This document shows, piece by piece, positions 19,679-28,828 of a stretch of 64,000 bases of DNA. Source of the stretch: an uncultured Eubacteriales bacterium. Lineage in GTDB: Bacteria; Bacillota; Clostridia; Christensenellales; CAG-138. A program made the position numbers and the translations under genes. The stretch covers positions 13,725 to 77,724 of the forward strand of contig CADBRR010000020.1 of assembly GCA_902797145.1 (NCBI GenBank), in the 5' to 3' direction. The notes under the pieces are model-generated. The model worked only from the letters and a program-made list of their open reading frames with translations, had not been told where the DNA came from and did no database searches. Numbering within the stretch: the first letter of the stretch is position 1; each line of letters begins with the position of its first letter.

Positions 19679-20332
19679 ATGAAAAGCTTTTTGGTGCTTG
19701 GACTTGGACGATTCGGTACGAGCATAGCAAAGACGCTTTCTTCGCTTGGCTGCGAGGTTATGGGCGTTGATAGAAATATGGAAAGAGTAAAAAATGTTCT
19801 CGGCTTTATTGGCAATGCTGTTCAAGCTAATACTGCTGATGAAAACGCTATGGCAGAGCTTGGCGTTTCTGATTATGATTGCGTTATAATAAGCGCATCG
19901 GGTGATATAAAATCATCTGTTTTGACAACAGTTCTTTGCAAGGAAAATGGAGCAAAATATCTTATTTGTAAGGCAAGCGATGATTTGCACGCAAAGATTC
20001 TTGAAAAGGTTGGCGCAGACAGGGTTGTTATGCCCGAAAAGGATAGCGGAGAGAGGCTTGCACGAACGCTCGTTTCAAAGCATATAACAGACTATATAGA
20101 GCTTTCTGATGAGTTCACAATAAGCGAATTTGTTGTGCCTAAGGAATGGGTCGGCAAAGACCTCGTTTCGCTTCAGGTCAGGAACAAATACGGAATTTCC
20201 GTTGTCGCAGTAAGAAACGATGAAGATATTTCGCTGACAATAGACCCGTATAGGAAAATAGAAAAAGATGATGTTTTCGTTGCGCTCGGTTCATACGATA
20301 GCTTCAGAAAAATAGAAAAGATGAGAAGATAA
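19679..20332 (+). CDS. ktrA: Potassium uptake regulatory subunit, TrkA-N/TrkA-C (KtrA)
   Basis: LVLGLGRFG Rossmann motif, 217 aa, immediately downstream of ktrB. Confidence 0.9.
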   Translation: MKSFLVLGLGRFGTSIAKTLSSLGCEVMGVDRNMERVKNVLGFIGNAVQANTADENAMAELGVSDYDCVIISASGDIKSSVLTTVLCKENGAKYLICKASDDLHAKILEKVGADRVVMPEKDSGERLARTLVSKHITDYIELSDEFTISEFVVPKEWVGKDLVSLQVRNKYGISVVAVRNDEDISLTIDPYRKIEKDDVFVALGSYDSFRKIEKMRR

Positions 20333-20334
20333 AA

Positions 20335-20360
20335 AGCAGGGGTTCGCCCCTGCTTTTGTT
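20335..20360. terminator. Bidirectional intrinsic terminator between convergent ktrA and nrdG
   Basis: agcagggg-ttcg-cccctgct, flanked by an A-run upstream and a T-run downstream. Confidence 0.85.
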
Positions 20361-20865
20361 AAAATTCAAACTCATATGGGTCTTTCCACAACACAATATT
20401 ATCCTTTGATGATTTATTCATATCAATAAGTCGCTGGTTTTTCGAGCCTTTGAACTTGAGTTCAAGCGATTTCTCTGCCTTTACGAATTCTCCATCGACA
20501 AGAACGTCAATATTATTTAGCAATTCATTTATAACTTCATCGTTTTTATCGTAAAGTTCTTCGATAGTATAACCTGTATATACCCACACACTTTTATTGA
20601 GTTTTTTAACCCTTTTTGCAATTTCAAGGCACTCAGCAGGCTGTTCAAGCGGATCTCCGCCTGTCAGGGTTATTCCTGAAAGCAAAGGATTTTCTAAAAA
20701 CTTATTCATTATTTCATCAACGCTCATATCATAACCACCGTTAAAATCATGCGTTTGCGGATTGTGGCAGTCCTCGCAGTTATGAATACAGCCCTGTGTG
20801 AATACAGCAAGGCGAAGTCCCGGTCCATCGACTATTGAATCGTTTACTATACCATTTATTCTCAT
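20359..20865 (-). CDS. nrdG: Anaerobic ribonucleoside-triphosphate reductase activating protein (radical SAM)
   Basis: 168 aa with a CIHNCEDC cluster motif, downstream of nrdD. Confidence 0.92.
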   Translation of the reverse strand: MRINGIVNDSIVDGPGLRLAVFTQGCIHNCEDCHNPQTHDFNGGYDMSVDEIMNKFLENPLLSGITLTGGDPLEQPAECLEIAKRVKKLNKSVWVYTGYTIEELYDKNDEVINELLNNIDVLVDGEFVKAEKSLELKFKGSKNQRLIDMNKSSKDNIVLWKDPYEFEF

Positions 20866-20920
20866 TTTTACCTCTTAAAAATTGTCAGGTGATATTTCAC
20901 ACCTGACAGTAAATTTAATT

Positions 20921-23236
20921 TTATGCGTTAAGTCCGTGCTTTACTCTCTGGCTTTCCTCAGCACGCTTTGCATTATTGAATCTATCGAGCGTTCCTACAA
21001 GGTAGCCTGTAATTCTCCTAATTCTCTGGAACGGAACACCGTCTTCCTCTGTTCTTCCACAATGCGGACAAGTATCGCCTATAATTCCGTTATAACCGCA
21101 TTCTGAGTCACGATCAACGGGATGATTTACTGAACCATAACCTATTCCCGATTCTTTCATACATCTTATAATGCTCTCGAACGCTTCGATATTATTTGCA
21201 GTATCGCCATCGAGCTCAACATACGTAATATGTCCTGCATTAGTAAGCGCATGGTATGGAGCTTCAATCTTTATCTTTTCAAATGCGCTTATCGGATAAT
21301 ATACGGGAACGTGGAAGCTGTTTGTATAATATTCCCTATCTGTAACGCCCTCGATAACACCGAATCTCTGTCTATCTATCTTAACGAATCTACCTGAAAG
21401 TCCTTCAGCAGGTGTAGCAAGCAATGTGAAGTTCAAATGCTTTTCCTGTGTTATTTCATCCAAGCGTCTGCGCATATAGCTTATGATTTCAAGACCCAAA
21501 TTCTGTGCCTTTTCGCTTTCGCCATGATGTTCGCCGATAAGTGCTTTCAAGCATTCTGCAAGGCCTATAAAGCCTACGCTCAATGTTCCGTGCTTTAATA
21601 CTTCGCCAATTTCGTCATCAATGCCGAGGTTTTCGCTGCCTATCCATACGCCTTCGCCCATAAGGAACGGGAAGTTTCTAACCTTTTTCTTGCACTGGAT
21701 AGCAAATCTTTCAAGGAGCTGACCTACGCAAAGCTGAATCTTTCTTTCAAGCTCATCGAAGAACCATTCAATATTGCCGTTTGCCCTTATAGCTATTCTC
21801 GGAAGATTTATTGTTGTAAATGAAAGATTACCACGCCTTGGAGCAACTTCGTTTTCCTTATCAAACTCGTTTGCCATAACCCTTGTACGGCAGCCCATAT
21901 AGCCTACTTCAGTTTCATACTTTCCGGGCTTATAATACTTGAGGTTGAACGGAGCATCAATAAATGAGAAGTTCGGGAACAATCTCTTTGCGCTACATCT
22001 GCAAGCAAGTCTGAACAAATCATAATTCGGTTCGCCGGGATTATAGTTTATGCCTTCTTTAACCCTGAATATCTGTATCGGGAATATAGGTGTTTCGCCC
22101 TTGCCAAGTCCCTGTTCAGTAGCGAGCATAACGTTTTTCATTACCATTCTGCCCTCTGCTGATGTATCCATACCATAGTTGATTGATGAGAACGGTGTCT
22201 GTGCGCCTGCCCTTGAATGCATTGTATTAAGGTTATGGATAAGCGCTACCATTGCCTTGAACGTCATATGGTCTGTATCCTTAATTGCCTTTTCCCTTGC
22301 AAATGACTGCATCTTATCTACAACATCTTCGCTTATGCCCATACCCATGAGCTGTTCTTTTTCGTTCTTCATATATTCAAGTTCATCTGCAAGAGTAGGT
22401 ACTATGCCCTTTTCTTCAAGCGCCTTGAACATTTCTTCAGCCTTTTCCTTTATTCCGTCTTCATCGCAAAGCAATGAGCAAGCTGAAAGCATAAGATCCC
22501 TATAATTCTGCATATATGTCTTTCTTACTCCCGGAGCAAGGCCGTAATCGAAGTTTACTATTGATTGTCCGCCATGCTGGTCGTTTTGGTTAGCCTGTAC
22601 AGCGATACAAGCAAGCGCTGCATAGCTTGAAATATGCTTAGGTTCCCTGAGCGTTCCATGACCTGTTGAAAAACCGTTTTCAAACAACTTCAAAAGGTCA
22701 ATCTGGCAACAAGTAGTTGTCAAAGTATAGAAATCAAGATCGTGAATATGAATATCGCCATCGCCATGAGCCTGTGCATATTCAGGTGCAAGCACGCACA
22801 TCTGGTAGAACTTCTTTGCGCTCTCACTGCCATACTTAAGCATTGTTCCCATCGCTGTATTTCCATCAATATTCGCATTCTCACGCTTTATATCGCTATC
22901 TGAAGCATCAGAGAACGTCAAGTCTTCAAATGTCTTCATAAGGCCTGTATTCATCTCTCTAACCCTCGTTCTGTCAGCACGATAAAGAATATATGCCTTT
23001 GCTGTTATAACATGACCGTTCTCGATAAGAACTCTCTCTACTATATCCTGTATCTGTTCTACTGTCGGATTGAGGTTACCGCTACCTATTAGCTGTTCCT
23101 CTACCTTTTCAGCAAGCGTTCTTGAATCAGATCCCCTACATCCTGATGCTGCAAACGCTTTTTCTATTGCAGTTTGTATTTTATTCAAATCAAACGGAAC
23201 TTCACGTCCGTCTCTTTTCCTTATAGATTCTATCAT
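20921..23236 (-). CDS. nrdD: Anaerobic ribonucleoside-triphosphate reductase (class III), with an N-terminal ATP-cone
   Basis: 771 aa. ATP-cone at the start (KRDGREVPFDLNKI). C-terminal Zn site CPHCG and glycyl-radical motif RITGYL. Confidence 0.95.
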   Translation of the reverse strand: MIESIRKRDGREVPFDLNKIQTAIEKAFAASGCRGSDSRTLAEKVEEQLIGSGNLNPTVEQIQDIVERVLIENGHVITAKAYILYRADRTRVREMNTGLMKTFEDLTFSDASDSDIKRENANIDGNTAMGTMLKYGSESAKKFYQMCVLAPEYAQAHGDGDIHIHDLDFYTLTTTCCQIDLLKLFENGFSTGHGTLREPKHISSYAALACIAVQANQNDQHGGQSIVNFDYGLAPGVRKTYMQNYRDLMLSACSLLCDEDGIKEKAEEMFKALEEKGIVPTLADELEYMKNEKEQLMGMGISEDVVDKMQSFAREKAIKDTDHMTFKAMVALIHNLNTMHSRAGAQTPFSSINYGMDTSAEGRMVMKNVMLATEQGLGKGETPIFPIQIFRVKEGINYNPGEPNYDLFRLACRCSAKRLFPNFSFIDAPFNLKYYKPGKYETEVGYMGCRTRVMANEFDKENEVAPRRGNLSFTTINLPRIAIRANGNIEWFFDELERKIQLCVGQLLERFAIQCKKKVRNFPFLMGEGVWIGSENLGIDDEIGEVLKHGTLSVGFIGLAECLKALIGEHHGESEKAQNLGLEIISYMRRRLDEITQEKHLNFTLLATPAEGLSGRFVKIDRQRFGVIEGVTDREYYTNSFHVPVYYPISAFEKIKIEAPYHALTNAGHITYVELDGDTANNIEAFESIIRCMKESGIGYGSVNHPVDRDSECGYNGIIGDTCPHCGRTEEDGVPFQRIRRITGYLVGTLDRFNNAKRAEESQRVKHGLNA

Positions 23237-23293
23237 TTTAATTTTTCCTCCTTATATTTCCAATGAATTTTTATTTTATTTCCGTATATTTTT

Positions 23294-23339
23294 ACAACAT
23301 TTAGTTTTTAATTAACATTTTAAGCACTACATCTTGTTA
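23294..23339 (-). promoter_or_regulatory. Candidate tandem NrdR boxes in the nrdD leader (weak)
   Basis: Box at 23324-23339 (gCACTAcATcTTGTta) matches ~11/16 of the acaCwAtATaTwGtgt consensus as I recall it. A weaker box at 23294-23309 lies 30 bp away. A TTGACA-17-TAAAAT promoter sits at 23383-23355. Confidence 0.3.
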
Positions 23340-23488
23340 TTGCGTGCATTACCTATTTTATTCCTGAATTGGATTTCTGTCAAGTAGGATATTGAAAATT
23401 TTTTAAGTTAATACTATACTTATATTGAAAATAACCGATTTTTTCGGGGAAAACTAATAAAAAAATTTTTTGAAGGGAGAACTTATCC

Positions 23489-24034
23489 ATGATAGAAAAA
23501 ATAAGGAAGCAGGCACAAGATGTAGTATGTGAGTTGTTTTCAAACATACCCGATATAAGAAAAGGGCAAATTCTTGTAGTTGGTTGTTCAACGAGCGAGA
23601 TAATGGGAAAGTGCATCGGAACAGGTTCAAGCGAAGAAGCGGCGCAGGCAGTTATGGATGCGATACTTCCCAAGGTAAAGGAATACGGATTATATCTTGC
23701 AGTTCAATGCTGTGAGCATTTAAACAGAGTTCTTGTAGTAGAGCGTGAGTGTATGGAAAAATTCGGATTCACTCAGGTTTGCGTTAAACCGCAGCTCCAC
23801 GCAGGCGGAGCATTTGCAGTGGAAGCTACAAAACGCTTTGACGATTATGTTATGGTAGAGGATATTCAGGGCAAAGCGGATATGGGCATTGATATAGGCG
23901 GTGCGTTCATCGGAATGCATATGCACCCGGTTGTAGTTCCTATCCACGCAAACAACAGATATATTGGCGAGGCTTATGTTATGATGGCACGAACAAGACC
24001 AAAATACGTAGGCGGACCACGAGCTGCTTATTAA
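23489..24034 (+). CDS. TIGR01440/DUF436 (UPF0340) family protein
   Basis: 181 aa; GQILVVGCSTSEI...LAVQCCEHLNR is characteristic of the family. GGGAGA RBS; TTGAAA-17-TATACT promoter at 23393. Confidence 0.85.
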   Translation: MIEKIRKQAQDVVCELFSNIPDIRKGQILVVGCSTSEIMGKCIGTGSSEEAAQAVMDAILPKVKEYGLYLAVQCCEHLNRVLVVERECMEKFGFTQVCVKPQLHAGGAFAVEATKRFDDYVMVEDIQGKADMGIDIGGAFIGMHMHPVVVPIHANNRYIGEAYVMMARTRPKYVGGPRAAY

Positions 24035-24091
24035 TAACATATCTTTTATGTTTAAATTTCAATAATCGATATGAGGGCACTCCATTAAATA

Positions 24092-24120
24092 TTGACAATT
24101 TAGGTAAATTTAATTATAAT
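24092..24120 (+). promoter_or_regulatory. Perfect consensus sigma-A promoter (TTGACA-17 nt-TATAAT)
   Basis: ttgaca at 24092-24097 and tataat at 24115-24120, with an exact 17-nt spacer. No protein-coding ORF lies downstream. Confidence 0.75.
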
Positions 24121-24126
24121 TGAAAT

Positions 24127-24375
24127 ATCATATGTCGGGTCTGTGGTTGAAAGTCGATGCCAGTCGCAGGCGAAGCGATCCACGTAAGCAGATATTAAAA
24201 AAATAAATATCTATCCTATCTGTGAGCATGGTGCGGTTTAGATGTAAGTCCGTCCGCCTTATGGCGAGAGGAGTAGTAGTGGGGACGAAATAAGTTATGA
24301 GCGAACCTCCCTGACGGCGAGTGTGGGGTCAAAGACCAGGTCAGCCGACATTGATAAATTGATAATGAAAAAAAT
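24127..24375 (+). ncRNA. Unclassified structured small RNA (~250-280 nt including the terminator)
   Basis: Bounded by the consensus promoter and a terminator. It is GC-richer than the flanking sequence. A closing helix pairs GTCGG(24134-) with CCGAC(-24350). Internal hairpins include gtcgc-aggcgaa-gcgat, agatatt-A-rich loop-aatatct and cgcc-ttat-ggcg. There is no RBS-preceded ORF. Confidence 0.6.
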
Positions 24376-24408
24376 TCGGTCAGCGTTTATCGCTGACCGA
24401 TTATTTTA
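24376..24408. terminator. Bidirectional intrinsic terminator (sRNA on +, prs on -)
   Basis: tcggtcagcg-tttat-cgctgaccga is a 10-bp perfect stem. ttatttta follows on the plus strand and attttttt on the minus strand. Confidence 0.85.
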
Positions 24409-24421
24409 TATGATATTTATT

Positions 24422-25426
24422 TTAATTTTTAAAGCTCCATTCAACAACTCTTTCCTTAAGCCTTTTATAAATATCCGTTGTTGCTTCGTGGTTATGTATT
24501 GTCTTTACAGCTTCTGCAAAGAGAGGAGCTGCTGAGATAATCTTAATCTTATCTGAAGCTTCTATTTCGGGGCAGTAAACAGTATCAGTCGATACGAGCA
24601 TCTTAATCGGGCTTTCGTCAATCTTCTTTACGCCTTTTTCACCAAGAACAACGTGTGATAAGAATGCGTAAATATCTTTTGCGCCCTGTTCTTTAAGTCC
24701 ATGGGTTACATCAACGAGTGTGCCGCCTGAGATTGTGAAGTCATCAATTACGAGGCAGTTCTTGCCCTTAACATCACCGATAATTCCGAGAACCTTTGCA
24801 TTTTCATCGTGACCTGTTCTTACTTTATCGCCAATAGCCACTTCGCAGCCAAGAATGTTTGCAAGCGACCTTGCACGCTTTGCGCTGCCTGCATCAGGTG
24901 AAACAACTACGAGGTTATCATCAACTATTCCAATATGCTTTGCATATTCTGCGAGCAATTCCCTGCCATGGATATGGTCGAGCGGTTTTTTGAAGAAGCC
25001 CTGAATCTGATCTGCGTGCAAATCCATTGTAATAACTCTATCTGCGCCTTCAAGTTCGATACATTCTGCGCAAACCCTTGCACGGATTGATGTTCTCGGT
25101 TCGTCCTTCTTATCGCCCTTTGCATAGCTGAAATAAGGAATGATTACCGTTACAGATGCTGCACTTGCACGCTTGAACGCATCAATCCAGAAAAGAAGCT
25201 CTGTAAACTCGTTATTAGGTTTTTTACCGATAGTCTGTACAATATAAACATCCTGATTACGAACGCATTCATCAACACGAACGAAAGTGTTGCCTTCTGA
25301 AAAGTTTATAACTGTCGATTTACCGAGCTGAACTCCAAGATATTCGCACATCTTTGTTGCAAATGCAAGGCTTGAACTACCTGCATAGATTTTGATTTCA
25401 CCATTTACATCTGTCATGATAATCAC
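24422..25426 (-). CDS. prs: Ribose-phosphate pyrophosphokinase
   Basis: 334 aa with the DLHADQIQGFF and VIDDFTISGGTL PRPP motifs. TTGATA-17-TATAAT promoter at 25481-25453. Confidence 0.93.
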   Translation of the reverse strand: MIIMTDVNGEIKIYAGSSSLAFATKMCEYLGVQLGKSTVINFSEGNTFVRVDECVRNQDVYIVQTIGKKPNNEFTELLFWIDAFKRASAASVTVIIPYFSYAKGDKKDEPRTSIRARVCAECIELEGADRVITMDLHADQIQGFFKKPLDHIHGRELLAEYAKHIGIVDDNLVVVSPDAGSAKRARSLANILGCEVAIGDKVRTGHDENAKVLGIIGDVKGKNCLVIDDFTISGGTLVDVTHGLKEQGAKDIYAFLSHVVLGEKGVKKIDESPIKMLVSTDTVYCPEIEASDKIKIISAAPLFAEAVKTIHNHEATTDIYKRLKERVVEWSFKN

Positions 25427-25581
25427 CTTCCATAAAAAAATTGTCCGTATAAATTATAACACTATTGCGACCGAGTATCAATCATATTTTGCATAAAATT
25501 ATTTTTTATGTCGAAAAAAATTTGCCATGTGCCAATCAAGTGCCACACAGCAATTTTATAAGGATATAAGGATAAACAAAT

Positions 25582-26322
25582 TTATGCTTCAAGAAGTCCG
25601 AACTTTGTCTTGACTCTATCGAGCTTATTAAGCAACGGATTAGTAAGCAGCGCAAGGAAAATAATCGTTGCAACTGCATGGATAATATTATAAATAACAC
25701 CCGATGCGTACATTGCGAGCAACGCTTCCCACGTTATCGTCTGCGAGAACATAAAAAGCGATGCTGTATCCATAATAACACCATATATTATAAATGTTGA
25801 TAGTCCTCCGAAAATACATATCGAAATTAGATTCCTTTTAAGCATTCCCTTTTTATAGAGAACACCTGCCAAGAACCCGATAATTCCGAACGAGAACATC
25901 TGCCACGGAGTCCACGGTCCTTGACCGAAGAAGAAGTTAGAAATAAATCCAGCGCAAGCGCCCACTATAAAACCCGACTCTCCGCCGAACGCAATTCCCG
26001 AAATAATAACGATAGCCACAACAGGCTTAAACTGCGGCAGCATATAGAATGCGCCTCTGCCTGCAACCGCAAGCGCAATCATAACCGCAAGGATTACAAG
26101 TTCCCTCGCCTGAGGTCGCCTCGACTCGAATTTAAGCACGAAAGGAACTGCGCTAAGTATTATAATTCCGATACTTATAATATAATACTGCCTATCTTTC
26201 ATAAGCAATATTCCTGCTGCGATAAGCGCAGGTATGAAAATCAATATTATAATCGCTGCAAGAACAGTTCGTTTGCCGAGTTTTGTATCCTCTGTTATAG
26301 ACCTTGTCTTTGTTTCCTGCAT
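25582..26322 (-). CDS. ECF transporter substrate-specific (S) component, likely corrinoid-specific by context
   Basis: 246 aa with about 6 TM helices. It is the last gene of the riboswitch operon and overlaps the ATPase gene by 28 nt. Substrate is inferred from the riboswitch only. Confidence 0.75.
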   Translation of the reverse strand: MQETKTRSITEDTKLGKRTVLAAIIILIFIPALIAAGILLMKDRQYYIISIGIIILSAVPFVLKFESRRPQARELVILAVMIALAVAGRGAFYMLPQFKPVVAIVIISGIAFGGESGFIVGACAGFISNFFFGQGPWTPWQMFSFGIIGFLAGVLYKKGMLKRNLISICIFGGLSTFIIYGVIMDTASLFMFSQTITWEALLAMYASGVIYNIIHAVATIIFLALLTNPLLNKLDRVKTKFGLLEA

Positions 26323-27935
26323 AGTGCAACTACCTCCTCGGTAAGAACTGCGTTTTCAAATACGCTCCTTGCAATTCTATTTGCGGCTGTCGTGTAGAAA
26401 TGATTCTTTGCAAAGAACGTACGAGGTTCGTTTTCGCTTATTATTGTTCCGTCAAAGAACAGACCGCATCTATCCGCATACTTTGCTGCAAACTCTACAT
26501 CGTGCGAAACCATAATTATCGAAATTCCCTTTGAAGTCATATTTTTAAGCATTGAACCGAACTTTTCTTTAAACGATGCGTCCATACCCTTTGTAGGTTC
26601 ATCAAGCAGCAATATTTCAGGTTCTGTAAGCAAAAGCTTTGCAATAGCAGTCCTCTGCTGTTCGCCACCGCTCAAATCAAACGGATGTGACCCCAGCAAT
26701 TCACGAATGTTCATAAGCTCAATTATATCTTTAAGCTTTTTCTCATCATTCGTTATCTCTTTTAAATCTTCAAGAACAGTATTTTTTACAAACAGCGTTC
26801 GTGGGTCTTGACAGAGTGCGCCAATCTTATAGTCCCTTGCTTGGAAACGCTTTTGTACTTTTCCGTTTATCTTTATTTTGCCTCTATACGGGGTATTCAA
26901 ACCGCTTATAATTGAAAGTGTCGTACTCTTGCCTGTACCATTACCTCCGACTAAGCAAAATATTTCGCCCTTATATGCTTTGAGCGACACGCCCTTTAAT
27001 ATATCGTTGCCCTGCTTTTCATATCTGAAAAAACATTCGTCAAGTTCAAGTACGGGTTCGGTATTTACAGCGTTATTTTCCTTGCTCTCAAGTTTTTCGC
27101 CTTTAAGATTCAAAGAGTTTATAAAATTTCTTCCGTCACGAACTGTCAGGGGACAATCGCATGACTTGTTCGTTTCTATCAGTCTAAACATTCTTGCAGA
27201 TGCCGGCAAGGATTTAAATACATCTTCTTCGATATTGATTTTCTTTGAAACCTCTTGTGGCGTATCAAAAAGCTCTATCTTGCCGTTTTTCATAACAACT
27301 GTTCTATCGGCAATACAGAAAGCTTCTTCAAGCCTGTGTTCAGTCATAATGACAGTAACTCCAAGCTCCGTATTTATTTTTTTTACTGTATTTAAAAACT
27401 CGCTTGCGGCAATAGGGTCAAGCTGACTTGTAGGCTCGTCAAGAATAAGAATTTGAGGATTCATAGCCATTATTGAAGCGAGGTTTAAAAGCTGTTTCTG
27501 ACCGCCTGAAAGCTCCGTAACCGATTTATAAAACCAGTTCTGTATTCCGAAATAGCTTGCCATTTCGCCAACACGAAGGCGCATTGTCGTCTGATCATAG
27601 CCAAGGCTTTCAAGCCCGAATGCCAGTTCGTGCCACACCTTATCCGTAACTATCTGGTCGTCTGGATGCTGCATTACAAAGCCAATATTAGATGCCTGTT
27701 CCCTATCTGAATATTCGCCGAGTGGTTTATCGTTTATAAACACTTGACCTGTTCTCTCTCCATATGGAGTTAATACGCTTTTGAAATGCCTTAAAAGCGT
27801 ACTTTTCCCGCAACCTGAATTACCGCATATAAGCATAAATTCACCATCACGAACGTCAAGATTTATATTTTCGAGCGCATTTTTATCTGATTTAGGATAT
27901 CTGAATGTCAGATTTTCGATTCTAAGCGTCGCCAT
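26295..27935 (-). CDS. ECF transporter ATPase, fused tandem A-A' domains
   Basis: 546 aa with two ABC cassettes: GNSGCGKST/SGGQKQ/ILDEPTS and GGNGTGKST/SGGEQQR/LLDEPTKG. Confidence 0.92.
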   Translation of the reverse strand: MATLRIENLTFRYPKSDKNALENINLDVRDGEFMLICGNSGCGKSTLLRHFKSVLTPYGERTGQVFINDKPLGEYSDREQASNIGFVMQHPDDQIVTDKVWHELAFGLESLGYDQTTMRLRVGEMASYFGIQNWFYKSVTELSGGQKQLLNLASIMAMNPQILILDEPTSQLDPIAASEFLNTVKKINTELGVTVIMTEHRLEEAFCIADRTVVMKNGKIELFDTPQEVSKKINIEEDVFKSLPASARMFRLIETNKSCDCPLTVRDGRNFINSLNLKGEKLESKENNAVNTEPVLELDECFFRYEKQGNDILKGVSLKAYKGEIFCLVGGNGTGKSTTLSIISGLNTPYRGKIKINGKVQKRFQARDYKIGALCQDPRTLFVKNTVLEDLKEITNDEKKLKDIIELMNIRELLGSHPFDLSGGEQQRTAIAKLLLTEPEILLLDEPTKGMDASFKEKFGSMLKNMTSKGISIIMVSHDVEFAAKYADRCGLFFDGTIISENEPRTFFAKNHFYTTAANRIARSVFENAVLTEEVVALCRKQRQGL

Positions 27936-28810
27936 GTTATGTCCTCCATTATATTGAGTATCATGGGCAAATTACAAAACAGCAAAAATGCCAAGTAGCC
28001 CAATATTGATAACGCACCCTCTGCGTTCATTCTTATTGACGGATAATATCTTACATATATTTTTCCACTAATTATACTTGCAGCAAAAATCAATGCAGCA
28101 ATAACGAATATGAGCAGTACCATTTTATCCCTCTTATCAAACTTATATAAAGAATATGCTGTTCTGCCTTTAAGTCCATATCCTCTGCTTTTCATTGAAT
28201 CCGCTGTCACAACTGCATTTTCAAGCGCCCATGTAATAGTTATTGAAAGCACTCGAACACCAGCTATGAGCCTTTTCATAATGTTTCCGTCTTTAACGCT
28301 CCTGCCTATGCTTTCCTGTGCCTTTGAAACTTCCTTTATCTGATGCGAAAATTTAGGCACAAACCTCAATGCCATAGACAATAACAACGACAAGGCAGGT
28401 ATTATCCTGCCAAATAAATATATAAATTTATCCGATGTCATTATATGATTATAGCATGAAAACCACACTATAACGCTGCCGAACATTCCCGAAGCGGCAA
28501 CCCCATATAATACTGCTTCAAGCGTAATAGGATTTCCATTTGATAAATAAAACAGCGTTGTAACACCGGCGTGATTAAACAGCGGATTCATAACCGCCGT
28601 AATAATCATAAGCGGCAAAACTCCAAACAGTTGGAGCTTTACTGCCTTTGCGCCTTTTAAATATATCGCATACACCATTGCTGATATAAGTGATGTCGCA
28701 AGCACTATCGGGTGCATCATAAACATTGTTATAAACAACACCCATACAAAATACAGCATTTCTACTGACGGATGAAGCGTTGAAAACGTATCTCGTTTTT
28801 TCATCTGCAA
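27908..28810 (-). CDS. ECF transporter transmembrane (T) component, CbiQ/EcfT family
   Basis: 300 aa, multi-pass, with an ARGxxxR-type coupling-helix region (MKSRGYGLKGR). It sits between the lipoprotein and ATPase genes. Confidence 0.85.
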   Translation of the reverse strand: MQMKKRDTFSTLHPSVEMLYFVWVLFITMFMMHPIVLATSLISAMVYAIYLKGAKAVKLQLFGVLPLMIITAVMNPLFNHAGVTTLFYLSNGNPITLEAVLYGVAASGMFGSVIVWFSCYNHIMTSDKFIYLFGRIIPALSLLLSMALRFVPKFSHQIKEVSKAQESIGRSVKDGNIMKRLIAGVRVLSITITWALENAVVTADSMKSRGYGLKGRTAYSLYKFDKRDKMVLLIFVIAALIFAASIISGKIYVRYYPSIRMNAEGALSILGYLAFLLFCNLPMILNIMEDITWRRLESKI

Positions 28811-28828
28811 TAATTGTCCTTTATTTTA

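Noticed and set aside
23380-23673. 97-aa minus-strand ORF
   Set aside because: It overlaps the DUF436 gene and the divergent promoter region, and has no supporting signals.
24133-24207. 24-codon ORF (MSGLWLKVDASRRRSDPRKQILKK) inside the sRNA candidate
   Set aside because: There is no Shine-Dalgarno sequence, and the ATG sits in the predicted closing helix. The region is better explained as structured RNA.
24127-24375. Tried to classify the sRNA as SRP RNA, tmRNA, RNase P RNA, or as a glmS, ydaO, ZTP or guanidine riboswitch
   Set aside because: The diagnostic cores I remember are absent: the SRP helix-8 GGUCAGGUCCGGAAGGAAGCAGC, the tmRNA tRNA-like ends and the RNase P P4 motifs. There is also no downstream plus-strand gene for a cis-acting riboswitch. 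It is left unclassified.
26878-27426. 182-aa plus-strand ORF, plus similar antisense ORFs at 25921-26397, 30115-30474, 34704-35147, 51247-51657 and 55385-55762
   Set aside because: All lie inside well-supported minus-strand genes (ECF ATPase and S component, cohesin-like gene, murC, ispE, cysS) and have Ser/Leu/Phe-rich shadow-frame composition.
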